From Erysipelotrichaceae bacterium (GTDB lineage Bacteria > Bacillota_I > Bacilli_A > Erysipelotrichales > Erysipelotrichaceae): a stretch of 64,000 nt of DNA. The DNA is taken from positions 55,840 through 119,839 of the forward strand of contig JAFRQF010000018.1 in the NCBI GenBank assembly GCA_017428765.1, in the 5' to 3' direction. Made by a program: the position numbers and the translations under genes. Numbering within the stretch: position 1 is the stretch's first letter; each line of letters starts with the position of its first letter. This document shows positions 34,974 through 44,392 of this stretch, one piece after another. The notes under the pieces are model-generated. The model was given only the letters and a program-made list of their open reading frames with translations. It was not told the origin of the DNA and made no database searches.

Positions 34974-35288
34974 ATGAAAATCGTTGCAGTTACTGCCTGT
35001 ACAGCTGGTATCGCCCACACGTATATCGTAGCGGAAAAACTTCAGAAAGCTGCTGAAGAATTAGGCCACGATATCAAGGTCGAGACACAGGGTTCTGCCG
35101 GTATCGAAAATGAGCTGACAGCTGAAGACATCGCCAATGCCGACGTCGTCATCTACACTCACGATATCGCGATCCGCGGTGCCAACCGCTTCGCAGGCAA
35201 AAAGATCGTCGATGTTCCTATTTCGACCGCTATGAAACAGCCGAAGAGCCTGATTTCTACGATCGAAAAGAAACTTGCGGCAAAATAG
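34974..35288 (+). CDS. PTS EIIB component (fructose-family PTS_IIB)
   Basis: MKIVAVTACTAGIAHTY with an active-site Cys. 104 aa. Confidence 0.85.
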   Translation: MKIVAVTACTAGIAHTYIVAEKLQKAAEELGHDIKVETQGSAGIENELTAEDIANADVVIYTHDIAIRGANRFAGKKIVDVPISTAMKQPKSLISTIEKKLAAK

Positions 35289-35336
35289 TCTATAGCTTAT
35301 TTATCAATCGAGCTAAAAAGAGAGGGAAAAATATTT

Positions 35337-36452
35337 ATGAAATTTACTGAATTCAGAAAACACGTAATGACCGGTATCTCTTTCCTGATCCCGATGGTCG
35401 TTATGGCTGGTATCACAGGTGCTATCCAGAAGGCTTATTCCTGGTCTGGTGTACCTCTTTCTGATCCGCTGGTAAGTGGCCTGGCATATTCCGGCTATTC
35501 GATCGGCAAGATCTCTGACTTCATGCACATGTTAGGTGAAATGAACGGCAACGGCTTCAACTGGGCTTATGCGTTCTTATGTGCAGGTATCGCTTACTCG
35601 ATCGCTGACAGACCGGGCATCGTTCCGGGCTTCGCTATCGGTTACTATGCAGGCGGCCCAACTAAGACTGGTTTCGTCGGCGCTATGCTGATGGGCTTCT
35701 TAGTAGGTTACTTCGTAAAATGGATGAAGACTTGGAAGATGCCTAAACCGTTACAGGGTCTTATGCCGGTCCTTATCATCCCGGTCATCGCTACCTGCTG
35801 CGCTACCTTCGTATTCTTCGGTATCTTAATGAGACCTTTATCTGCTCTGATGCTTGCGTTCCAGCACTGGATCGAAGGCCTGTCCGGTTCTTCACTCTTC
35901 GTCGCTGGTGCCGTTATCGGTGCTTGCATGGGCTTCGATATGGGTGGTCCGGTCAACAAGACTGCTTCCATGGCTGCTAACGCATTATACGCTGACAACG
36001 ATGTCAACGGCGGTATCGGTGCTGCAGCTGAAACTGCTAAGATCATCGGCGGTATGACTCCGGCTATCGGTGTCGGTCTGGCTGCTTTGATCGCTCCTAA
36101 GAAATTCACGCAGCAGCAGAAAGACGCTGCTTACACCTGCATCCCGATGGGCTTATGCTTCATCACTGAAGGTGTCTTACCGTTCGTTGCAGAAGACGCT
36201 ACAAGAGTCGTTCCTGCTTCCATGATCGGTTCTGCAGTTGCTTCCGGCTTAGCAATGGCTCTGCGTGTTGAGACACAGGCTGCTCACGGCGGTGTCTTCG
36301 TAGCTCCGACTTCCAACAAGATCGGTCTCTGGTTCTTATGCCTGGCATTAGGCTCTGTCATCACAGGTGTCTTATATGCGGTCATCAAGAAGACTCCGTC
36401 TGAGGAAGACACTCAGGAAGAAGAAGTAGTTGATCTCGATATCGATATCTAA
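35337..36452 (+). CDS. PTS EIIC component (fructose family)
   Basis: Polytopic protein with fructose-family EIIC motifs (GGPVNK, FITEGVLPF). Acidic tail EEEVVDLDIDI. Confidence 0.85.
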   Translation: MKFTEFRKHVMTGISFLIPMVVMAGITGAIQKAYSWSGVPLSDPLVSGLAYSGYSIGKISDFMHMLGEMNGNGFNWAYAFLCAGIAYSIADRPGIVPGFAIGYYAGGPTKTGFVGAMLMGFLVGYFVKWMKTWKMPKPLQGLMPVLIIPVIATCCATFVFFGILMRPLSALMLAFQHWIEGLSGSSLFVAGAVIGACMGFDMGGPVNKTASMAANALYADNDVNGGIGAAAETAKIIGGMTPAIGVGLAALIAPKKFTQQQKDAAYTCIPMGLCFITEGVLPFVAEDATRVVPASMIGSAVASGLAMALRVETQAAHGGVFVAPTSNKIGLWFLCLALGSVITGVLYAVIKKTPSEEDTQEEEVVDLDIDI

Positions 36453-36530
36453 TAAAGATCGATAAAGATAAGACTTGAATTAGAACTGAAGATTAAAAAC
36501 GAACGATTCATATAGAAGGAATTAAAACAT

Positions 36531-37415
36531 ATGTATGTAAATATGAAATACATCCTGGATGCGGCAAATCGCGATAACTATGCGGTCATGGCGATCAACT
36601 GCATCAACATGGAGATGGCCAGAGCTGCGATCGAAGCAGCGGAAGAAGAGCACTCTCCGATCATCGTACAGTTCGGTGTCGGACAGATGGCAAAGATGGC
36701 GCATCCGACAGAGATGGTCCCGATGATCAAGGCCATGGCAGAAAGAGCAAGCGTTCCTGTATGCCTGAACCTCGACCACGGTCCTTCCTTCGAAGCGGAA
36801 GTCGATGCGATCAAGTGGGGCTTCTCCAATGTCATGATCGATGCATCTTCGCTCCCTTACGAAGAAAACGTAAGAAGATCGAGAATGGTCGTCGATATGG
36901 CTCATGCCAACGGTATCTCTGTTGAAGCTGAACTCGGCCATGTCGGTCAGGCAGCAGACGGTGACGGCAGAACTGCAGACATGTATACCAACGTGGAGCA
37001 GGCTGTCGAATTCGTCAAAGCAACAGGTGTCGATGCCCTGGCAGTAGCGATCGGTACGGCACATGGCAAGTATCCGGAAGGTTTCGTACCTAAACTGGAC
37101 TTCCAGAGACTGGCTGAACTTAAGGCTGCCTTGAAGATGCCTTTAGTCCTCCATGGCGGTTCCGGTTCCGGCGAAGAGAATATCAGAAAAGCTGTCGCCG
37201 GCGGTATCAACAAGATCAACGTTTGTACAGATGCGTTCCACGCCGCTGAGAAAGCGATCAAGGCGAAGTGGGAAGCTGAACCAAACACCGATTACTTAGG
37301 CATTTGCATGGTTGCTGAAAAGGCAGTCAAGGAATTTGTCAGAGATTACATTCGCCTGATTGGTTCGAACAACCGTTACACATTCGAAGCAGCCGACAAC
37401 GGCAGCAAAGAATAA
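36531..37415 (+). CDS. Class II ketose-bisphosphate aldolase (FBA/tagatose-bisphosphate aldolase family)
   Basis: LDHG, VMIDAS, EAELG, GTAHG and LVLHGGSG motifs of class II F_bP aldolases. Confidence 0.85.
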   Translation: MYVNMKYILDAANRDNYAVMAINCINMEMARAAIEAAEEEHSPIIVQFGVGQMAKMAHPTEMVPMIKAMAERASVPVCLNLDHGPSFEAEVDAIKWGFSNVMIDASSLPYEENVRRSRMVVDMAHANGISVEAELGHVGQAADGDGRTADMYTNVEQAVEFVKATGVDALAVAIGTAHGKYPEGFVPKLDFQRLAELKAALKMPLVLHGGSGSGEENIRKAVAGGINKINVCTDAFHAAEKAIKAKWEAEPNTDYLGICMVAEKAVKEFVRDYIRLIGSNNRYTFEAADNGSKE

Positions 37416-37421
37416 TCAACA

Positions 37422-37450
37422 ACAGGCGGGGGTCCACTCCGCCTGTTTTC
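37422..37450 (+). terminator. Rho-independent terminator
   Basis: ACAGGCGG / CCGCCTGT stem followed by TTTT. Confidence 0.7.
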
Positions 37451-37502
37451 CACTTTGAAAACAACTTAACGAGTTACATATATAAAAAAGGAGAAACGAA
37501 TT

Positions 37503-38159
37503 ATGAAGATCGCAATGATCAATGAATTTTCACAGGCTTCCAAGAACGAACTGGTATTAGGCGTTCTGAAAGAAGTCGTCGAACCGATGGGACACACCGT
37601 CTATAACACCGGTATGAACACTGCCGAAGCACCGTTACAGCTTGGCGAACCGGGTTATCTGACTTACCTCAATATCGGCGTACAGGCAGCTTTACTGCTC
37701 AATTCCGGTGCTGTCGACTTCGTCGTCACAGGCTGCGGTACCGGTCAGGGTGCTCTGATGGCCTGCAACATGATGCCGGGCGTCGTCTGCGGATACTGCA
37801 TCGAACCGAGTGATGCCTATCTGTTCTTACAGATCAACAACGGCAACGCTCTGTCGATCCCTTACGCAAAAGGTTTCGGCTGGGGTGCTGATGTCAACTT
37901 AAAGAACATCTTCACGATCGCTTTCGGTTCTCCGAAAGGCATGGGCTACCCGAACGAACCGGGCAGAAAAGAATCCCAGAACAGAAATGCGGCGAAACTC
38001 GTCGAAGTCAAGGCTGCGATCGCAAAGCCTCTGATCGAAGGTCTCAAGGCAATGGATCAGGATGTCGTAAAGAAATCTCTGACTCCGCGTTTCCTGGAGT
38101 GCTTCAACGAAGGCTGCAAAGATCCTGAGCTCAAGGCTTACGTCGATTCTTTGTTATAA
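37503..38159 (+). CDS. RpiB/LacA/LacB-family sugar-phosphate isomerase (long form)
   Basis: VTGCGTGQGALMACN resembles the RpiB active-site region CGTGIG. About 215 aa. Confidence 0.65.
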   Translation: MKIAMINEFSQASKNELVLGVLKEVVEPMGHTVYNTGMNTAEAPLQLGEPGYLTYLNIGVQAALLLNSGAVDFVVTGCGTGQGALMACNMMPGVVCGYCIEPSDAYLFLQINNGNALSIPYAKGFGWGADVNLKNIFTIAFGSPKGMGYPNEPGRKESQNRNAAKLVEVKAAIAKPLIEGLKAMDQDVVKKSLTPRFLECFNEGCKDPELKAYVDSLL

Positions 38160-38164
38160 GATGA

Positions 38165-38190
38165 AAGGCGTCCTGCAGACGCCTTTTTTG
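38165..38190 (+). terminator. Rho-independent terminator
   Basis: AAGGCGTC / GACGCCTT stem followed by TTTT. Confidence 0.75.
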
Positions 38191-38204
38191 AAAGGATATT
38201 AACT

Positions 38205-39266
38205 ATGGTAGAGAATTATTTACCAAGATATACTTCGGGCAAAGATGCTTTTGAAAAGATAAGCCAGGTATGTAAGGTTTATGGAAACAAAGCGGCTCTG
38301 TTATATGGTGAAAAAGCCTACTTTGCCAGCAGGGAGAAACTGCTGCCTTGTCTGAATGGCTTGCAGATCGTACATGGCGAAGTCTATGGCAAGGAAGCTT
38401 CCTACACCAATATCGACAGGCTCGTTCAGAATGAAAAGCTGAAAGAAGCGGACTTTCTGATCGGCATCGGCGGCGGCAAATGTCTCGATGTCACCAAAGT
38501 CGTCGGTGATAAATTAGGAAAGCCGGTCTTTACGGTCCCATCGATCGCATCGACCTGCGCAGCCGTGACCAAGATCTCCATATTGCACAACGATGACGGA
38601 TCTTTCAAAGAGATCTATCGTCTGAAGTCTGCACCGGTCCACTGTTTCATCAATCCTGAGATCATCGCAAATGCGCCGGCTAAATATTTCTGGGCAGGCA
38701 TGGGTGATACGATGGCCAAGCACGTGGAATCGGTATTCTCTTCAAAAAATGATGTACTGGATTTTGAAAGTTTCTATGGCGTGACGATCTCAAAGCTGTG
38801 TTATGAGCCGATCCTTGAAAAAGGAGAAAAGGCATACGATGATGTCAAGGCACACGTCGTATCAAAGGAAGTCGACGACGTCATCAAATCGATCATCATC
38901 GCCACCGGCTCCGTATCCTTATCGGTAAATCCGGATTACAACTCCGCTCTGGCTCATGCCTTGTATTACGGTCTGACGGTCAGGGAATGGATGGAAAGAA
39001 AGCATCTGCATGGTGAGATCGTTTCCTATGGAACGTTGGTGCAGCTGCTGCTGGATGAACAATACGAGGAATTACGAAGAGTCTATGACTTCAATAAGAA
39101 AGTCGGACTGCCGGTCTGCCTGAAAGATCTTGATCTGACCAAAGAAGATCCTCTGGATGATGTCCTGGATGCGACCATCGTCAACCAGGAACTCGATCAT
39201 ATCCCATATCCGATCACAAAAGACATGGTCAGGGATGCGATCGCGAAACTGGAGGATTACCGATAA
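38205..39266 (+). CDS. Glycerol-dehydrogenase-like iron-containing ADH family protein
   Basis: GIGGGKCLDVTK nucleotide-binding motif and H..H metal ligands of the GldA-like family. Confidence 0.75.
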   Translation: MVENYLPRYTSGKDAFEKISQVCKVYGNKAALLYGEKAYFASREKLLPCLNGLQIVHGEVYGKEASYTNIDRLVQNEKLKEADFLIGIGGGKCLDVTKVVGDKLGKPVFTVPSIASTCAAVTKISILHNDDGSFKEIYRLKSAPVHCFINPEIIANAPAKYFWAGMGDTMAKHVESVFSSKNDVLDFESFYGVTISKLCYEPILEKGEKAYDDVKAHVVSKEVDDVIKSIIIATGSVSLSVNPDYNSALAHALYYGLTVREWMERKHLHGEIVSYGTLVQLLLDEQYEELRRVYDFNKKVGLPVCLKDLDLTKEDPLDDVLDATIVNQELDHIPYPITKDMVRDAIAKLEDYR

Positions 39267-39284
39267 AAAAAGAAGCTTGCGCTT

Positions 39285-39518
39285 CTATTGGATGTTCCTT
39301 GTCGGTATGAGAGCCAGTGCGACGGTGATCACCAGGATGATGATCGCGATCTTGCGAAGTTTCAGCTCTTTCTCGCTGTAGTTCAAAGCGACGTTCGGTG
39401 ACTTCTTCTGACGGTTTGAGAAGGAAACTCTCACATAGCCGATCATGAAGATACCGACGAACATGCCGATGTACATAAGGATATCTCTGATAAGTACCAG
39501 TGTTTTAATGTTGAACAT
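39285..39518 (-). CDS. Possible small 2-TM membrane protein
   Basis: 77-aa ORF with two hydrophobic helices, sitting alone on the minus strand between plus-strand genes. Confidence 0.35.
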   Translation of the reverse strand: MFNIKTLVLIRDILMYIGMFVGIFMIGYVRVSFSNRQKKSPNVALNYSEKELKLRKIAIIILVITVALALIPTRNIQ

Positions 39519-39559
39519 AAGTCTATTCTAATACATATAAGGAAAGAAGGTAATAAAAA

Positions 39560-40210
39560 ATGAAAGTCGTACTCATACATACAAGCCCGGTATCACTCAA
39601 TGACCTCAAAGCCCTGTTCAAGGAGATCGTTCCGGAAGTTGAGATGGTCAACATCATCGATGATTCTCTGCTTGATGAAGTAAAGAAGAACGGAAAGATC
39701 AATTCCAATATCATCTCCAGGATGTGTTCCTATGTGCAGGTCGCCAAGACTCTGAAACCGGATCTGATCTTCAACCAATGCTCATCCGTGGGCGAAGCGT
39801 TCGACATCGCCCGCAAACAGGCTGACTGCAAGACCTTGAAGATCGATGAGCCGATGGCAGAAAAAGCGGTCGAACTGGGAAGCCGCATCGGTGTCGTTGC
39901 GACAGTCGCATCCACGGTACAGCCTTCTTCCGACCTGATCCGCAATACCGCAAAGCGCCTTGGCAAAGAAGTCACCGTCACCGAATATCTGGTCGACGGA
40001 GCGCTCGATATCTTAATGAGCGGCGATGTCGACAGGCACAATGAGCTCGTCATCAAGGCGATCAAGAGGGCGGAGAGCGAAAACGATGTCGTCGTACTCG
40101 CCCAGGGCTCGATGACTGCGATCTTACCGTTACTGACGGATATTCAAAAGCCTGTACTGACTTCACCGAGACTCGCTGTTGAAAGAGTCAAAAAGGAACT
40201 CGGCTTATAA
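39560..40210 (+). CDS. Asp/Glu/hydantoin racemase family protein
   Basis: About 215 aa. Pattern ...FNQCSSVGEA...IGVVATVAST...VVLAQGSM is consistent with two pseudo-symmetric Asp_Glu_race halves. Confidence 0.6.
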   Translation: MKVVLIHTSPVSLNDLKALFKEIVPEVEMVNIIDDSLLDEVKKNGKINSNIISRMCSYVQVAKTLKPDLIFNQCSSVGEAFDIARKQADCKTLKIDEPMAEKAVELGSRIGVVATVASTVQPSSDLIRNTAKRLGKEVTVTEYLVDGALDILMSGDVDRHNELVIKAIKRAESENDVVVLAQGSMTAILPLLTDIQKPVLTSPRLAVERVKKELGL

Positions 40211-41616
40211 TGGCCGATGTCTCCATGCTGGAAGATCATAAAGATCATTCAGCGATCAAAGAAGAATTAAAAAGATACATCGCCAAAGACGACCATGTCT
40301 TCATCGTCCTCGATGATGACCCGACGGGCACACAGACGGTCCATGACATCAATGTATATACCGACCGGTCCTATGAGACTTTGAAAGAAGCGATGTTAAA
40401 CAACAGATTGTTCTTCCTTCTTACCAACTCGAGAGCCCTGACGGCTTCACAAAGCAAAAAGCTTCACGAAGAGATCGTAAACAACGCTCAAAAAGTATAC
40501 GAAGAAACAGGCAGAAAGTATCTTTACATATCCAGAGGCGATTCGACGCTGCGCGGTCACTATCCGATGGAGACCCAGATCCTTTCGGAAGGTCTGTTAA
40601 AGGAATATGGAAAAGTCGACGGCGAGATCCTGTTTCCTTTCTTCAAGGAAGGCGGACGCTATACGATCGATGATGTCCATTATGTCAGATATGGAAATGA
40701 TCTCGTACCGGCCGGTGAAACGGAATTTGCCAAAGACAAGACCTTCGGCTATCATTCTTCCGATCTGAAGGAATACATCGAAGAAAAAAGCGAAGGGAAA
40801 GTCAGAAAAGAAGATGTCATTTCGATCAGCTTAAAGGATCTCAGAGACGAAAAGATCGAAGAGATCACTTCGCAGTTACTGAATGCCCATGACTATGCCA
40901 GGATCATCGTCAACGGGGCATGCGACAGCGACGTAAGGACTTTCTGCCTTGCCTTATACAAGGCGATGGAGAAGGGGAAGGTATTCGTCTTCCGCTCAGC
41001 GGCATCCTTTGTCAAAGGCGTCGGCGGCATCGAAGATATCCCGCTTCTTGAAAGAACTGACATGATCAGAAAAGAAACGGAAAACGGCGGTCTGATCGTC
41101 GTGGGTTCCCACACCGATAAGACGACAAGACAGCTCAATGAACTCTTAACGATCGAAGGGATCCAAAAAGAAGAGTTTCACTGTTCCAAGATCCTGGAAA
41201 GCGAGGAAGCTTTCAAAGAAGAGATCGACAGATGCCGGAACGTGATCGAAGAAACGATCGCAAAAGGATCTACGATCGTCGTTTACACAGAACGAGTTCT
41301 GATCGACTTGAAGGGCGATGATAAGGAAACGGCGTTAAAACGCAGCGTTGCGATCTCCGATGGTCTTTGCGAGATCACGGGAGGCTTGCGGATCGAACCG
41401 TCCTTTGTGATCGCCAAAGGAGGCATCACATCTTCCGATACGGCGACCAAGGCGTTGAAGATCGCCAAGGCGAAGGTCCTCGGACAGATACAGCCGGGCG
41501 TTCCGGTCTGGAAAGCTGACGAAGATTCGAAATTCCCCGGCATTCCCTATGTCATATTCCCCGGCAACGTCGGAAACGACGATACCTTGAAAAACGCCGT
41601 CTTAAAACTTCTGTAG
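40210..41616 (+). CDS. Four-carbon acid-sugar kinase family protein (DUF1537, OtnK/YgbK-like)
   Basis: N-terminal IVLDDDPTGTQTV motif. The C-terminal nucleotide-binding half ends in GIPYVIFPGNVG. Confidence 0.8.
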   Translation: MADVSMLEDHKDHSAIKEELKRYIAKDDHVFIVLDDDPTGTQTVHDINVYTDRSYETLKEAMLNNRLFFLLTNSRALTASQSKKLHEEIVNNAQKVYEETGRKYLYISRGDSTLRGHYPMETQILSEGLLKEYGKVDGEILFPFFKEGGRYTIDDVHYVRYGNDLVPAGETEFAKDKTFGYHSSDLKEYIEEKSEGKVRKEDVISISLKDLRDEKIEEITSQLLNAHDYARIIVNGACDSDVRTFCLALYKAMEKGKVFVFRSAASFVKGVGGIEDIPLLERTDMIRKETENGGLIVVGSHTDKTTRQLNELLTIEGIQKEEFHCSKILESEEAFKEEIDRCRNVIEETIAKGSTIVVYTERVLIDLKGDDKETALKRSVAISDGLCEITGGLRIEPSFVIAKGGITSSDTATKALKIAKAKVLGQIQPGVPVWKADEDSKFPGIPYVIFPGNVGNDDTLKNAVLKLL

Positions 41617-41634
41617 AAACAAAAGGTCCTTCCG

Positions 41635-42867
41635 TTATCGGGAGGACCTTTTTGTCTGTTCACTGATCGGCTTTTTGGAAGCCCGGTCGTTGTAGTAGCC
41701 TTTGCGGTAGGCCGAGGGGGTGACACCGGTGATCTTGCGGAAGCATTTGACGAAGTAGTTGGCATCGGGGATGCCGACGTTTTCTGCGACTTCTTCGATC
41801 GTATACTGATCGTTTCTGAGCATCCGCTTGGCTTTCTGTATGCGCAGGTCGCACAGAAAGGCGTTGGGTGTCTTGCCGGTCTCTTTCTTGAACCGGTTGA
41901 TCAGGCAAGAGACGGAGACGCCTAAGTGTTCTGCCGTCTCTTCGATGGACAGGGCTTCCTGATAGCGGGATTCGAAGAGGTGGATAGCCGAATAGATCAA
42001 AGAAGAATAGTGTTCCTTGCGGTAGCGGGAGATGGCTCTGGCAAAGGAGCGGACCATGCGTTCGTTTTCCCGATACATCTCTTCTCTTGAATTGAGACGG
42101 GAGATGGTCCTTGCGCTTTCGCCTGAAATGGTATCGATGATGACCGGAGGCAGTCCCGCATCGACGGCAGCCATACGGACCGTCGCCCTGGTGATGCCCG
42201 AGGAGATCCGGGAGGTGTCCGGCGTCGATCCGAAATTGCCCATGTATCTGACGTTGTTGTGGATGGTCCGATATGAGCGGATGGCGGCAACATCATCTCC
42301 TTCGGCGATCTGTTCCATCATTTCCTGTTCGATGCGGTAGCGTTCATTGATGATGTTTTCGAAATTCTTGTGCTGATACTCCCAGCTCTTGGAAAGAGAG
42401 GCTTTTTCGTCGTAATTGTGTTCCTGATTGAAATCGTAGGGATTGAATCCCGTATGTTCCAGCAGAGTCTGTATGTCGCGAAGGATCTCGGTATCGGAAG
42501 CGAGATGATAATGGGAACGGTAGCCCAGATAGTCTTTGACGACCAGATCGTCGATCTGCAGACTGCCAAGCAGGAACTGAACGTTGGCTTCGGTCATATC
42601 CTGGATGATGTAGGGCCCCACCAGGATAAGGTCCTCTTTGGTCTTGACGACGACGAATTTGATCAGCAAGGCATCCTGGATGAACAGGATGGTGTTTTCA
42701 TGCGTTTCTTCGATCAAAGAGGAGAGATATTGCGGGGTGAATGGATCCTGGACATGGTGAAAATGGTTCTTCGTACAGAAACTGTTCAGTTCTTTTCTGT
42801 TCTCAATCGTTTCAAATCCGATCGTGCTGATGTCCGCTAAGAAGCGACAGGCTTCATCCAATTGCAT
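41635..42867 (-). CDS. AraC family transcriptional regulator
   Basis: C-terminal double HTH (HTH_18: IEETAEHLGVSVSCLINRFKKETGKTP ... IEEVAENVGIPDANYFVKCFRKITGVTPSAYRK). Confidence 0.85.
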   Translation of the reverse strand: MQLDEACRFLADISTIGFETIENRKELNSFCTKNHFHHVQDPFTPQYLSSLIEETHENTILFIQDALLIKFVVVKTKEDLILVGPYIIQDMTEANVQFLLGSLQIDDLVVKDYLGYRSHYHLASDTEILRDIQTLLEHTGFNPYDFNQEHNYDEKASLSKSWEYQHKNFENIINERYRIEQEMMEQIAEGDDVAAIRSYRTIHNNVRYMGNFGSTPDTSRISSGITRATVRMAAVDAGLPPVIIDTISGESARTISRLNSREEMYRENERMVRSFARAISRYRKEHYSSLIYSAIHLFESRYQEALSIEETAEHLGVSVSCLINRFKKETGKTPNAFLCDLRIQKAKRMLRNDQYTIEEVAENVGIPDANYFVKCFRKITGVTPSAYRKGYYNDRASKKPISEQTKRSSR

Positions 42868-42920
42868 ATATTTCTCTTGAATCGATAAAATCTTTCTATA
42901 ATGACTAATTTTATTCTATC

Positions 42921-42934
42921 ATAAAGCGTTTTCA
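42921..42934. promoter_or_regulatory. cre-like (CcpA) box candidate upstream of the PTS-gus operon
   Basis: ATAAAGCGTTTTCA matches 12 of 14 positions of TGWAANCGNTNWCA. The core AAGCGTTTTCA is shared with 57501-57514. Confidence 0.4.
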
Positions 42935-42987
42935 TAATGCTATCCTAAACATGCGTTAAGAGAAACGCAGAATAAAAGGAGATAAAT

Positions 42988-44370
42988 ATGGCAAAAGATT
43001 ACAAAGCATTAGCTGATGGCGTCATCGCCAATGTCGGCGGTGCAGAAAACGTCGCTTCCATCTCTCATTGTGTTACCCGTTTACGTTTCAAACTCAAAGA
43101 CGGTGCCAAGGCAGATAAGGAAGCTCTCGCAAAAGTTCCGGGTGTCTTAAAGGTCCTGGAAGCTTCCGGTCAGTTACAGGTCGTCATCGGACAGGATGTT
43201 ACCGATGCATACGATGCAGTACTGGCAAACTATCCTCTGAATGCGGCAGGTGAAGTTGCGGCTGATCCGGCTGAAACAAAGGTTGCAGGCGAAAAGAAGA
43301 AATTTGATTTTGCCGGAACGATGGCTGATCTGGTCTCCGGTATCTTCATGCCATTTATGGGCGCATTCATGGGCGCCGGATTACTGAAGGGTGTCTTAGT
43401 CTTACTGACAACTTTCAACATCTTACCGAAGGATTCTTCCACTTATGCGATCCTTTATGCGGTAGCTGATGGTACGTTCTACTTCTTACCGATGTTCTTA
43501 GCTTACAGCGCAGGTAAGAAATTCGGCGGCAACCCGTTCATCACGATGGCGATCGCTGCAGCAATGTTATATCCGAACTTTGCAGCACTGTCTTCCGCTG
43601 AAAACGTCAACTTCTTAGGTATCCCTGTCACGATGATCAGCTATTCCAGCACAGTCCTTCCGATCATCGTTGCCGCTTGGTTACAGTCTGTTCTTGAAAA
43701 ATTCCTGAATGCGAGACTTCCTAAGGTCATCCGTTCGATCTTCGTTCCGCTGATCGTCATGGTCGTCGTATTCGTTGCGGTCGTATTGGTCGTCGGTCCG
43801 GTCACGGATATCGTCGGTAAAGCGATCGCAAATGTCATCAAGGCAGCTCTTGATGCCTTCCCATTGGTCGGTGGCTTCTTAATGGCAGCTTTATGGCCGG
43901 CCATGATCATCTTCGGTGTTCACTGGGGAATGGTCCCGATCGTCATGAACAACCATGCAGTCTTAGGTTATGACTACATCCTTCCGTTAACTGTCGGTAC
44001 CAACTTCGGTATTGCAGCAGCAGTCTTCGCTATCTCTTTGAAGTCAAAGAAAGCTGAAACAAAAGAGCTTGCAGCAACTTCCGCAGTATCCGCTTTCGTC
44101 GGCGGCGTCACTGAACCGGCTATCTACGGTATCCTCATGAAATGCAAGAAGGTCTTCGCAGTCCTCTTACTCGCCAACGGTATCGGCGGCGCGATCTGCG
44201 GTGTCATGCATGTCACACGTGATGTCATGATCACAGTCAACGGCCTGACATTACCGGCTATCGCAGCAGTTTACGGTCCTTGGGGCATCGTTGCGATCGT
44301 CGTATCTCTGATCGCCGGTTTCTTAGCAGGTTACTTCGTATTCGATGATAAAATGATGGAAGAAGCTTAA
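42988..44370 (+). CDS. PTS EIIBC component (glucose/beta-glucoside superfamily), no EIIA domain
   Basis: EIIB motif ISHCVTRLRF followed by a polytopic EIIC. Confidence 0.85.
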   Translation: MAKDYKALADGVIANVGGAENVASISHCVTRLRFKLKDGAKADKEALAKVPGVLKVLEASGQLQVVIGQDVTDAYDAVLANYPLNAAGEVAADPAETKVAGEKKKFDFAGTMADLVSGIFMPFMGAFMGAGLLKGVLVLLTTFNILPKDSSTYAILYAVADGTFYFLPMFLAYSAGKKFGGNPFITMAIAAAMLYPNFAALSSAENVNFLGIPVTMISYSSTVLPIIVAAWLQSVLEKFLNARLPKVIRSIFVPLIVMVVVFVAVVLVVGPVTDIVGKAIANVIKAALDAFPLVGGFLMAALWPAMIIFGVHWGMVPIVMNNHAVLGYDYILPLTVGTNFGIAAAVFAISLKSKKAETKELAATSAVSAFVGGVTEPAIYGILMKCKKVFAVLLLANGIGGAICGVMHVTRDVMITVNGLTLPAIAAVYGPWGIVAIVVSLIAGFLAGYFVFDDKMMEEA

Positions 44371-44392
44371 GATCTGACGGAGGTAAGCAAAC

